From the NCBI GenBank assembly GCA_001563875.1, contig LKMN01000016.1, forward strand, positions 1-17,421: DNA of 17,421 nucleotides, in the 5' to 3' direction. The notes under the pieces are model-generated. The model had not been told where the DNA came from and searched no databases. It was given only the letters and a program-made list of their open reading frames with translations. The translations under genes were made by a program, and so were the position numbers. Positions 8,485-15,156 of the stretch are shown piece after piece. The stretch's first letter is position 1. Each line of letters begins with the position of its first letter. Source of the DNA: Nanohaloarchaea archaeon B1-Br10_U2g1 (GTDB lineage: Archaea; Nanohalarchaeota; Nanosalinia; Nanosalinales; Nanosalinaceae).

Positions 8485-8695
8485 ACCTTGTTAATTGGTT
8501 TTTTATCCTTAAAAATAGGTTAGATGGTCCAGAACCGAAGAATAGATTATAAGCATCGGTAATCTGTCTCTCAGGATAACTTTCTGTGTCTTTATTCTTT
8601 TAGGAGCGATGCTTCGGGACCACTTTTTTCAGAAAAGTACGGCGAAGAACATGGTTATTTGAGATATGTGGGAAATAAGGAAGGATGGAAGACCT

Positions 8696-9004
<309 letters not shown>

Positions 9005-9043
9005 GTTGGTTTAACCTCGATACCATGGTTTTCCTATACAAAC

Positions 9044-9052
9044 CTTAAATAA
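9044..9052. promoter_or_regulatory. near-palindromic A/T box CCTTAAATAAGG between the divergent rpl12 and HTH genes
   Basis: It lies about 24 nt upstream of the ATG at 9076 (leaderless, plus strand) and about 40 nt upstream of the rpl12 ATG at 9004. The rpl12 leader carries GAGGT (minus strand of 9015-9019) as a Shine-Dalgarno-like motif. Confidence 0.4.
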
Positions 9053-9075
9053 GGTGTTTACATAATTGAATACAA

Positions 9076-9789
9076 ATGAGTCTGGGTTTTTCAGATCTGC
9101 CGGAAGAGACCAGAGTCAGGCTCTCCCAAGAAGGAGAAAGAGAACTCTGGCACCGCATAAACGAGTTCGGAGGAATCAAAACGTTCTCTAAAGCCTTCAA
9201 CTACTCCCCAACAAAGATGTACAACTGGAAAAACAAGGGCTCATACGTTCCTATAGAGCTTGTAAGAAAAGTGATGGGAAACAACGCATCAGAACAAGTA
9301 ACCGCATACAAAGGGAAAGGAAGAAGCAAACCGGTAGAAAACCCTGTCTTCCCGCTTCCGGAGAACAACGAACTTCTAACCCGTATAGACTGCTCCGTAA
9401 ACCTCTCCAAAGGAACACCTATATACCAAGCAAACGATCGAGGACAGATAGAACGTTTCCAAGAACTTCTAAACCTTTATGGAGACGTACCTCACAAAGT
9501 CTACAACCGTGGCTCGGTCCATGAACTAAGATACTCTAAACACATGCACAAAATACTCCAAAAAATGGATTATACGGAACATTTAGCCGCACAGATAGAT
9601 GAAAAAGGAACTATAAAAGAAAACAGTATAGAGATTGGACAGAAAAAGCTGAATCCTTCAGAGTTCGAAGGACAGCTCCACCACACTGAAAAAAGGCTCA
9701 AGCTCGCTCTTCTTAAAGACGATAAAGAAACGGTAAGAAAGATAATGGTAGAACAGGCTGAAAAAGTCGAGAAAACATTCGGAAAATAA
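9076..9789 (+). CDS. Cro/C1 (XRE)-type helix-turn-helix protein, 237 aa, Lys-rich and non-acidic
   Basis: Residues about 22-65 (LWHRINEFGGIKTFSKAFNYSPTKMYNWKNKGSYVPIELVRKV) fit the XRE HTH pattern. The rest is Lys-rich and I do not recognise a family. It is opposite-strand, with its own TATA, inside the rpl10-rpl12 cluster. Confidence 0.6.
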   Translation: MSLGFSDLPEETRVRLSQEGERELWHRINEFGGIKTFSKAFNYSPTKMYNWKNKGSYVPIELVRKVMGNNASEQVTAYKGKGRSKPVENPVFPLPENNELLTRIDCSVNLSKGTPIYQANDRGQIERFQELLNLYGDVPHKVYNRGSVHELRYSKHMHKILQKMDYTEHLAAQIDEKGTIKENSIEIGQKKLNPSEFEGQLHHTEKRLKLALLKDDKETVRKIMVEQAEKVEKTFGK

Positions 9790-9833
9790 AAAATCAGATA
9801 ATAAAGGAAAAGGAAGGATTTAGAAGAGAAATC

Positions 9834-10742
9834 TTACTCTTCCGTCTCCTCAGAATCGTCGTCCTCAGACTCTTCTACAGCTTCTAAGTCAAGCTGAGAG
9901 TCTACACCGCGAGCGTTGGATGCTGCGTAACCAACCGATTCCTCGATCGTGTCTTCCACAGGAAGACCTTCTGAAACCGCAACGTTCTTCGCCTTTCTTG
10001 AGGCTTCTCCAACAATTGCGGGAGCGGTTGTAGCGTTGACAACTCCTGCGTTAACTGCAAGGTTGAATGCGCCTGAAGCTGCTGCTTCAACATCGGATCT
10101 GTACTGTTCCGTATCGATATCCAGTTGATCGGAAGTGAATACTTCTCCTTCGCTGTAAGCAATCTTCAGATCCAAACCGATCTCTAAAGGCTCAATACCG
10201 ATCTGGTTAAGGATTTCTACTCCATCGTCATCGATAGTCTCTCCTTCCTCAATGATTACACCAGGGTTCTGTACATGGATAGTTCCATCGTCTACCTGTA
10301 CCTGAAGACCTGCGCCCTGTAGCTTTCCAAGCATAGGTCCTGGACCGATACCTGTGTCACCGTCAGGAATCTCTATATCGTTTGGAGCTGTCTCTCCGCC
10401 CTGTGCTGCTGCACTCGTCTTGTTTCTCTGGATAAGTGAGTAGAGCTGGAAAGGATCTTTCTCTGAGAAGATGAATGCTGGCTGCATCGCTTCACTTGGG
10501 TCAAGAGTTGTGATATCGTCTTTCTCCGCGTTCTCTAAAGCGATCTCCATCAGGTTCTTTCTTTCCATCCTGACGTTAGCAAACTCTTTCATCTCTTTCT
10601 TGATCTCTTGAAGCTGTTTGGCCGGAAGACTCTGCATGTCCAGTATACCGACTACTGATGCTTCTTCTATCTGTCCCTGTAACTGTTCAACAATCTGCTC
10701 CTTGTCTTCACGTGTCAGTGTTTTCGGTGTTGGCTGTACCAT
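9834..10742 (-). CDS. rpl10: 50S ribosomal protein L10 / acidic stalk protein P0
   Basis: N-terminal L10 domain (SVVGILDMQSLPAKQLQEIKKEM), a Gly/Ala hinge and an acidic C-terminus. The ATG is 1 nt after the rpl1 stop. It ends ...EESEDDDSEETEE without a P1-like hydrophobic tail. Confidence 0.9.
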   Translation of the reverse strand: MVQPTPKTLTREDKEQIVEQLQGQIEEASVVGILDMQSLPAKQLQEIKKEMKEFANVRMERKNLMEIALENAEKDDITTLDPSEAMQPAFIFSEKDPFQLYSLIQRNKTSAAAQGGETAPNDIEIPDGDTGIGPGPMLGKLQGAGLQVQVDDGTIHVQNPGVIIEEGETIDDDGVEILNQIGIEPLEIGLDLKIAYSEGEVFTSDQLDIDTEQYRSDVEAAASGAFNLAVNAGVVNATTAPAIVGEASRKAKNVAVSEGLPVEDTIEESVGYAASNARGVDSQLDLEAVEESEDDDSEETEE

Positions 10743-10743
10743 C

Positions 10744-11367
10744 TTACTCTACCTCCACAGGTTTACCCATCGTGGTCTTCACTAGAACTGATTTGATATT
10801 GTTGTTTCCTTGTGGAAGCTCTCTTTCGATAAACTCGTAGACTGCTGAAGCGTTTCTACCTACGTTTTCAGGATCTTGACCTTCGTTCCCTACTTTTAGC
10901 TGTAGTAGAGGATCTTCTTTCAGTCTTAGAGTTACCGTGTTCCTAAGTGATTCGATATCATCTGTCGGGTCCTCTCCCGGCTGTACAGGATCCGGCATCA
11001 TGTTTCTTGGTCCGAATACCTGTCCTAGATGTTGACCGATCTTAGGCATCAGAGGCGCCTCCGCTAGAAGGAATGAGAACTCTTCCGCTAAATCTTTAGC
11101 TTTTGAAGGATCTTCATACATTTCTTCTAGTTCGTCTTCGCTTACCTCGCGGTCTGCGTTGTCAACCTGTGAAGACACTGTGTCTCCGATTACCGCAATC
11201 TTTACTTCTTCATCTGCTTGGTAAGGAAGTTTTAGATCTTCGTTGAAACGGTTGTCAGGATCTGCTAGATCGAGATCCTTAAAGTTGACAATAAGATCGA
11301 TACTTTCTGTGAAGTTTCTCTGTTCTCCGTCTTCTACTGCCTGTTCAACTGCTGTTTCAAAGTTCAT
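10744..11367 (-). CDS. rpl1: 50S ribosomal protein L1
   Basis: L1 family motifs (IDLIVNFKDLD..., KIGQHLGQVFGPRNMMP, VTLRLK). The ATG is 2 nt after the rpl11 stop. A GGAGGG Shine-Dalgarno motif lies 9 nt upstream, inside the rpl11 3' end. Confidence 0.9.
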   Translation of the reverse strand: MNFETAVEQAVEDGEQRNFTESIDLIVNFKDLDLADPDNRFNEDLKLPYQADEEVKIAVIGDTVSSQVDNADREVSEDELEEMYEDPSKAKDLAEEFSFLLAEAPLMPKIGQHLGQVFGPRNMMPDPVQPGEDPTDDIESLRNTVTLRLKEDPLLQLKVGNEGQDPENVGRNASAVYEFIERELPQGNNNIKSVLVKTTMGKPVEVE

Positions 11368-11369
11368 AT

Positions 11370-11867
11370 CTAGATTCCCTCCTCGGCTTCTAGCCTGTCA
11401 TCGAACTTTCCTTCATCGATTTGTTGTTGTACTTCGTATGCGTCTTCTCCATCGATAGTGATTCCCATTGACTGTGCTGATCCTATCACTTCTTTTACTG
11501 CTCCTCTGAGATCCATTGCAAGCAAGTCTGACTCTTTCATCCTTGCGACTTTACATGTCTGTTCGAAAGACATGTCTGCTACTTTGTTTACGTTTGGTTC
11601 TCCTGAGCCTGAGTCGATTCCTAGTTCGTCTTTGATCAGTGCTGCCATCGGGGGTTTTCCTACTTCGATTTCAAAGTCTCCGGTTTCCTCATCGACTTCT
11701 ACGTCGACAGGTACTTCCATTCCTTCGAAGTCCTTGGTTTCTTCGTTTATTGCTGACACAACCTCTCCTACGTCCGCGGGCAATGGCCCGAGCTCCGGTC
11801 CTAGAGGAGGTCCTGCGGAGGCTGAGCCTCCTTCTACCAGCGTGTTTATGGTAGTCTTGTCTCCCAT
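11370..11867 (-). CDS. rpl11: 50S ribosomal protein L11
   Basis: L11 N-terminal domain (GPPLGPELGPLPADVGEVVSAINEETKDF) and C-terminal domain. GGTGA lies about 8 nt upstream of the ATG. Confidence 0.9.
   Translation of the reverse strand: MGDKTTINTLVEGGSASAGPPLGPELGPLPADVGEVVSAINEETKDFEGMEVPVDVEVDEETGDFEIEVGKPPMAALIKDELGIDSGSGEPNVNKVADMSFEQTCKVARMKESDLLAMDLRGAVKEVIGSAQSMGITIDGEDAYEVQQQIDEGKFDDRLEAEEGI
11377..11382 (-). promoter_or_regulatory. Shine-Dalgarno GGAGGG for rpl1, embedded in the rpl11 3' end
   Basis: Minus-strand GGAGGG with a 9-nt spacer to the rpl1 ATG. This contrasts with the leaderless pattern of most other genes in the window. Confidence 0.4.
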
Positions 11868-11901
11868 TTTATTGTTTCACCTTTTTTGGTATAGTATCGT
11901 T

Positions 11902-12339
11902 TTAGTCTTGGTTTGCTTTTCTTCTGACAGTATCGACGTCTACGGTTGTCGGTATTGGTACTGCGGCGTCAAGAAGTTCTATAGTAACTTCTCGGTTTGT
12001 ATCGTCGATTCTGTTGATTTTTGCATCTTCTCCTTTGAAGGGTCCGCCGACCACTTCTACCTTGTCTCCTACTTCGAGCTTGATCTCTTCCTCCTCTTCG
12101 CTGAGGTATTTCTCGATCTCATCGACTTCTACTTCCTCTTCTATTACTCCTCTGAGATGTCTTAGCTCGCTTGCAAGGTCTTGGATCTCTTGTTTGGATC
12201 CTTCTATGAATATATATCCTTTCAGGTCTTCCGGATGGAAAACCGCGTTTATATCAAGGTTTTTGGATTTGATCTTGCTCCGCATTTCTTCTATAGCGGT
12301 TTTCTCTCTTCCACGTGTGGTTCTGGCGGTAAGTATCAT
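11902..12339 (-). CDS. spt5: transcription elongation factor Spt5 (NusG homologue)
   Basis: NGN domain followed by a KOW motif (GDKVEVVGGPFKGEDAKINRID). This is the canonical position between secE and rpl11. Confidence 0.88.
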   Translation of the reverse strand: MILTARTTRGREKTAIEEMRSKIKSKNLDINAVFHPEDLKGYIFIEGSKQEIQDLASELRHLRGVIEEEVEVDEIEKYLSEEEEEIKLEVGDKVEVVGGPFKGEDAKINRIDDTNREVTIELLDAAVPIPTTVDVDTVRRKANQD

Positions 12340-12343
12340 TGTT

Positions 12344-12547
12344 TTATCCTATCATCTGTGGTAGTAGGTTTGAAGTGAGGTAGAACAAAAATCCTATGAG
12401 CCCGATACCTATTATTCCTATGCCTGTAACTTTTGCTGCCATTGAAAACTCTTCTCTGTCAGGCTTTGTGGATATCTGAAGCACTCTTTTGTATTCGTTG
12501 AATTTTGACTTCAGCTGGTTCTTCCACTTTACGGGTTCGAACTCCAT
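12344..12547 (-). CDS. secE: protein translocase subunit SecE (Sec61 gamma)
   Basis: 67 aa with an amphipathic N-terminus and a single C-terminal TM helix (GIGIIGIGLIGFLFYLTS). It is in the conserved position upstream of spt5. GAGGTG lies 11 nt upstream of the ATG. Confidence 0.85.
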   Translation of the reverse strand: MEFEPVKWKNQLKSKFNEYKRVLQISTKPDREEFSMAAKVTGIGIIGIGLIGFLFYLTSNLLPQMIG

Positions 12548-12649
12548 TGTTCTGTTTACACCTCTAGGACCCGTCAGTTAGAACTAGAACTGTCTAGCTC
12601 CCTCCCACCGCAGGTGGTTCTAACGGGTTATGTTAAAAAAGGGCACGAA

Positions 12650-12658
12650 TTTTTATAA
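12650..12658 (-). promoter_or_regulatory. candidate TATA box (minus strand TTATAAAAA) for the secE-spt5-rpl11-rpl1-rpl10 operon
   Basis: A strong A/T box about 100 nt upstream of the secE ATG implies a 5' leader of about 75-80 nt. The leader contains the hairpin CCACC-gca-GGTGG (12605-12617) and CTAGAAC tandem copies. The adjacent T6 (12635-12640) may instead terminate the upstream gene. Confidence 0.35.
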
Positions 12659-12672
12659 GGGGTTTGATACAG

Positions 12673-12921
12673 CTATGGATCAGCTTTGTAGTCGGGACAT
12701 ATCTCTTCAGACCTGTAGCTGGATACACTTCGGGAGTAAGGATAAGGCTCGTTCTGGTCTAAAGAATAGTTTTCAGATTCAAAACCTTCTGTATCGCAGG
12801 TTTCAGCATCACTAAATTCTATATCTCCTGCCTCCGGTTCTAATACTCCTCCCAGACTGGCCAATCCTACAACCCCTGATCCAAATACTTTGAGGATTCC
12901 TCTTCTGCTGTAGTCGTCCAT
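12673..12921 (-). CDS. small secreted acidic protein with a twin-arginine (Tat) signal
   Basis: The N-terminus DYSRRGILKVFGSGVVGLASLGG matches the Tat consensus S-R-R-x-F-L-K followed by a hydrophobic region. The mature part is about 50 aa and D/E-rich, with 2 Cys. It starts 8 nt after the ftsZ stop. Confidence 0.55.
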   Translation of the reverse strand: MDDYSRRGILKVFGSGVVGLASLGGVLEPEAGDIEFSDAETCDTEGFESENYSLDQNEPYPYSRSVSSYRSEEICPDYKADP

Positions 12922-12928
12922 AATTAGT

Positions 12929-13834
12929 TTATATGAACTCTACGCCGAGCTCCTTCTCGATCTCTTCTTCGTATTCGTCGCTATGAGTTTTCTCAGGTCC
13001 GTAGATCTGTGGGCTGTCTACTCCTGTCACGATTATCATCGACTGAAGTGTGTTGTTCATATCTTCTCTGACTTGTGCTCCCCAGATTACTTTTGCTGAG
13101 TCGTGTAGTTTTCCGGATACGGTGTTTACGACTTCTTGTGCTTCGTTCAGGCTGAGAGAGGTTCCTCCTGTTACGTTTACTAGCGCTCCTCGTCCGCCAT
13201 CGATATCTACGTCAAGCAACGGATTGCTTAATGCTTTCTGTACTGCTTCTGTTGCACGGGAATCTGTGTCGCTCTGTCCCATTCCGATCATTGCTATTCC
13301 TCCTTCGCCCATGACTGCTCTGATATCTGCGAAGTCTAGGTTGACTAGTCCTGGTTTTGTAACCAGCTCTGTTACTCCTTTGACTGCGTTCACAAGGATT
13401 TCGTCTGCAATCTTGAATGCTGTGTTTAGAGAAACGTCTGGAACGATTTCAAGCAGTTTGTCGTTAGGTATTACTATTAAGGTGTCAACTACGTCTTCCA
13501 TTCTTTCTAGTCCGTATTCGGCGTTCTCTGCTCTTGCCTGTCCCTCCATCTCGAATGGAAGTGTTACGATACCTACTGTTAGTGCGCCTTGTTTTTTGGC
13601 TTGCTGTGCGATTACCGGTGCGGATCCTGTTCCTGTTCCTCCGCCAAGTCCACATGTTATGAATACCATGTCGGCGCCGTCTACGGTTTCTTTAACTTTT
13701 TGTTGGGATTCCTTTGCGGATTCTTCTCCAACTTTTGGATCTGCTCCTGCTCCAAGTCCTCCGGTAAGCTCTTTTCCGATTAATACTTTCTTGTCTGCGT
13801 TAGCGTATAGAAGGTCTTGTGCGTCGGTGTTCAT
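12929..13834 (-). CDS. ftsZ: FtsZ, residues after the internal stop (T7 loop, GTPase core and C-terminal domain)
   Basis: NTDAQDL, GLGGGTGTGSAPV(I)A and NLDFADIR motifs. Its ATG lies 3 codons after an in-frame TAA. Confidence 0.85.
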   Translation of the reverse strand: MNTDAQDLLYANADKKVLIGKELTGGLGAGADPKVGEESAKESQQKVKETVDGADMVFITCGLGGGTGTGSAPVIAQQAKKQGALTVGIVTLPFEMEGQARAENAEYGLERMEDVVDTLIVIPNDKLLEIVPDVSLNTAFKIADEILVNAVKGVTELVTKPGLVNLDFADIRAVMGEGGIAMIGMGQSDTDSRATEAVQKALSNPLLDVDIDGGRGALVNVTGGTSLSLNEAQEVVNTVSGKLHDSAKVIWGAQVREDMNNTLQSMIIVTGVDSPQIYGPEKTHSDEYEEEIEKELGVEFI

Positions 13835-13843
13835 TGCGATTGT

Positions 13844-14041
13844 TTAGCATCCTTCGATTCCGACCTCGACAAGTCTAGAGATAGTATTGTTTCCTGCTCC
13901 TCCTGAGCCGACTACCTTTATATCGGCTTTTCTCTGCTGGATCAGCTGTTCCAGTTCTTCGTCTATATCATGGTTTTTCTGCTTAGATTGTGGTACGCTG
14001 CCTGTATCGTTCTTCCGTGCTTGTTGAATCTTATCTTCCAT
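13844..14041 (-). CDS. ftsZ: FtsZ N-terminal fragment (G1 motif), ending at an in-frame TAA
   Basis: [24 protein letters not shown] is the tubulin/FtsZ GGGTGxG-type N-terminal motif. It is in the same frame as 12929-13834. Confidence 0.8.
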   Translation of the reverse strand: MEDKIQQARKNDTGSVPQSKQKNHDIDEELEQLIQQRKADIKVVGSGGAGNNTISRLVEVGIEGC

Positions 14042-14066
14042 TGGACGAGAACCCTTTTGTGTTGTT

Positions 14067-14075
14067 ATGTATAAG
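14067..14075 (-). promoter_or_regulatory. TATA-like box (minus strand CTTATACAT) for leaderless ftsZ
   Basis: It lies about 26 nt upstream of the ftsZ ATG at 14041. Confidence 0.4.
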
Positions 14076-14083
14076 AGGTTATC

Positions 14084-14104
14084 ACCAATCTATATAAAAT
14101 TGGT
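14084..14104. promoter_or_regulatory. perfect palindrome ACCAAT-ctatataaa-ATTGGT upstream of the ftsZ promoter
   Basis: 6-bp inverted-repeat arms separated by 9 bp of A/T. It sits at about -43 to -63 relative to the ftsZ ATG, where archaeal regulators typically bind just upstream of BRE/TATA. Confidence 0.35.
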
Positions 14105-14151
14105 CTATACCTCGGGGCATATAACCCTTTTTACAGGGGTTTTACCGGGTC

Positions 14152-14805
14152 TTATTCCTGTTCTATGAACTCCACTTCGAGGTCGGTGTACTCTTCGATT
14201 TCTTGTTTAAGTTCTTCACGTAGCTGTTCTGGTAGTTCGTGTACGTGGTCTCCGTGGCTGTGAGACTTCGGTATCTTCACGGTTCCGTTTTCGAACTCGG
14301 CGTCTTCTCCGTGTCCTACTCTGTAGCTGTAGATATGTTCTGCTATCTCTTCATCGTCTTCAACTTTTTCAACAACCTCAATGTCGTATTCAAGGTCTTT
14401 CCCTGCTAGAGGGTGGTTGAAATCAATTCTTACTCTTCCTGATCCTTTTGATAGTACTCTTCCTCTCTGGTTGCCTATCATAACTTCTTCTCCAGGTCTT
14501 ACGTTCACGCCTTGTTTCTTGAACTCTTTTTCTGGATATGTCTCTACTTTGTCACTGGAACGTTCTCCGTATCCTTTCTCTGAAGGTACTTCAACTGTTT
14601 TTTCTTCTCCAACTTCCATATCTTCTAGAGCTTCTTCAAATCCTTCGATAACGTATTCTTCTCCTATCAGTACGGGTATAGGTTCGTAGCTTACTTCTTC
14701 TCTTTTAACTCCTTCTTCCTCAGCTACTTCTTCATCTGTTAAATCAAAGATTTCGCCGTCTGTTCTTCCAACGTAGTCAACCAGTACCATGTCGCCTTTT
14801 TTCAT
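14152..14805 (-). CDS. FKBP-type peptidyl-prolyl cis-trans isomerase (long SlyD-like form with IF insert and a His-rich C-terminal segment)
   Basis: The MKKGDMVLVDYVGRTDGEIFDLT start is the classic archaeal FKBP N-terminus. A G..V..G.....IP core and a HSHGDHVHE motif are present. The ORF-track TTG at 14829 was rejected in favour of the ATG at 14803-14805, with a TATA-like TTAATACT about 30 nt upstream. Confidence 0.85.
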   Translation of the reverse strand: MKKGDMVLVDYVGRTDGEIFDLTDEEVAEEEGVKREEVSYEPIPVLIGEEYVIEGFEEALEDMEVGEEKTVEVPSEKGYGERSSDKVETYPEKEFKKQGVNVRPGEEVMIGNQRGRVLSKGSGRVRIDFNHPLAGKDLEYDIEVVEKVEDDEEIAEHIYSYRVGHGEDAEFENGTVKIPKSHSHGDHVHELPEQLREELKQEIEEYTDLEVEFIEQE

Positions 14806-14891
14806 CTTTACATCGAAGAAAACAGACAACGAGTATTAAAAGCGCTGCCCTTTGAGAACCGTTAAAAACATTGGAGTCCTGTATATCCGTT

Positions 14892-15155
14892 ATGGAATGG
14901 GTTGAACAGCTCCCTGAAAGAGTACAGGTGTCACTTGACACTCTTCTTGAAGATGTGGACAATCACGAAGACGTATACATGGAAGCACAGAACGTATCAG
15001 TGGGCCAGATATGGGTTGCGATGGCGCTGATGAACGAGAGGATAAGAAAGCTTGAAGACATGGTATCAGCACAGAGAAAGGCGTTGAATGAAGAGAATGT
15101 CGAAGTTGACAAGCATCTGGACCAGAAACTAAAGGAAAGTTTGAAACGTTACTAG
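14892..15155 (+). CDS. small coiled-coil protein (87 aa from the ATG), function unknown
   Basis: The ATG at 14892 is preceded by TATA-like TTAAAAAC (14858-14866) about 27-34 nt upstream. The heptad-like C-terminal half is RIRKLEDMVSAQRKALNEEN. The ORF-track upstream extension lacks a canonical start. Confidence 0.45.
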   Translation: MEWVEQLPERVQVSLDTLLEDVDNHEDVYMEAQNVSVGQIWVAMALMNERIRKLEDMVSAQRKALNEENVEVDKHLDQKLKESLKRY

Positions 15156-15156
15156 A

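Larger units (their letters stand above)
12929..14041 (-). pseudogene. ftsZ: ftsZ disrupted by a single in-frame TAA at the conserved Glu of the GVEF motif (GAA to TAA)
   Basis: The minus-strand reading is gga tgc TAA aca atc gca atg aac (G C * T I A M N). This aligns to FtsZ G-V-E-F-x-A-x-N-T-D-A-Q. It could be a genuine nonsense mutation, an assembly error or translational readthrough. Confidence 0.5.

Noticed and set aside
9005-9075. Remnant of a displaced P0 C-terminal tail or target-site duplications flanking the HTH gene
   Set aside because: Translating all frames around both flanks gives no acidic/GLGDLF-like peptide, and no convincing direct repeats. Only weak TAAATAAGG / TAATAAAGG similarity was seen.
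11458-12165. 235-aa plus-strand ORF
   Set aside because: It is antisense to rpl11 and spt5, both of which have clear family motifs.
12527-12547. tRNA T-arm-like string GGGTTCGAACTCC
   Set aside because: It is the reverse complement of the secE start ATG GAG TTC GAA CCC (MEFEP). No acceptor, D-arm or anticodon-arm pairing could be built around it.
13050-13847. 265-aa plus-strand ORF and 13589-13783 ORF
   Set aside because: They are antisense to ftsZ, Ser/Thr/Cys low-complexity, with no start context. The FtsZ reading frame on the minus strand is unambiguous.
13832-13852. Reassigned stop codon (TAA read as an amino acid) as the explanation for the ftsZ interruption
   Set aside because: rpl12, rpl10, rpl1 and others end in TAA at the expected protein ends, with the next gene starting 1-2 nt later. 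The standard code fits.
14827-14829. TTG start for the FKBP gene (ORF-track N-terminus MSVFFDVK)
   Set aside because: The ATG 8 codons downstream gives the canonical FKBP N-terminus MKKGD.VLVDY and has a TATA about 30 nt upstream.
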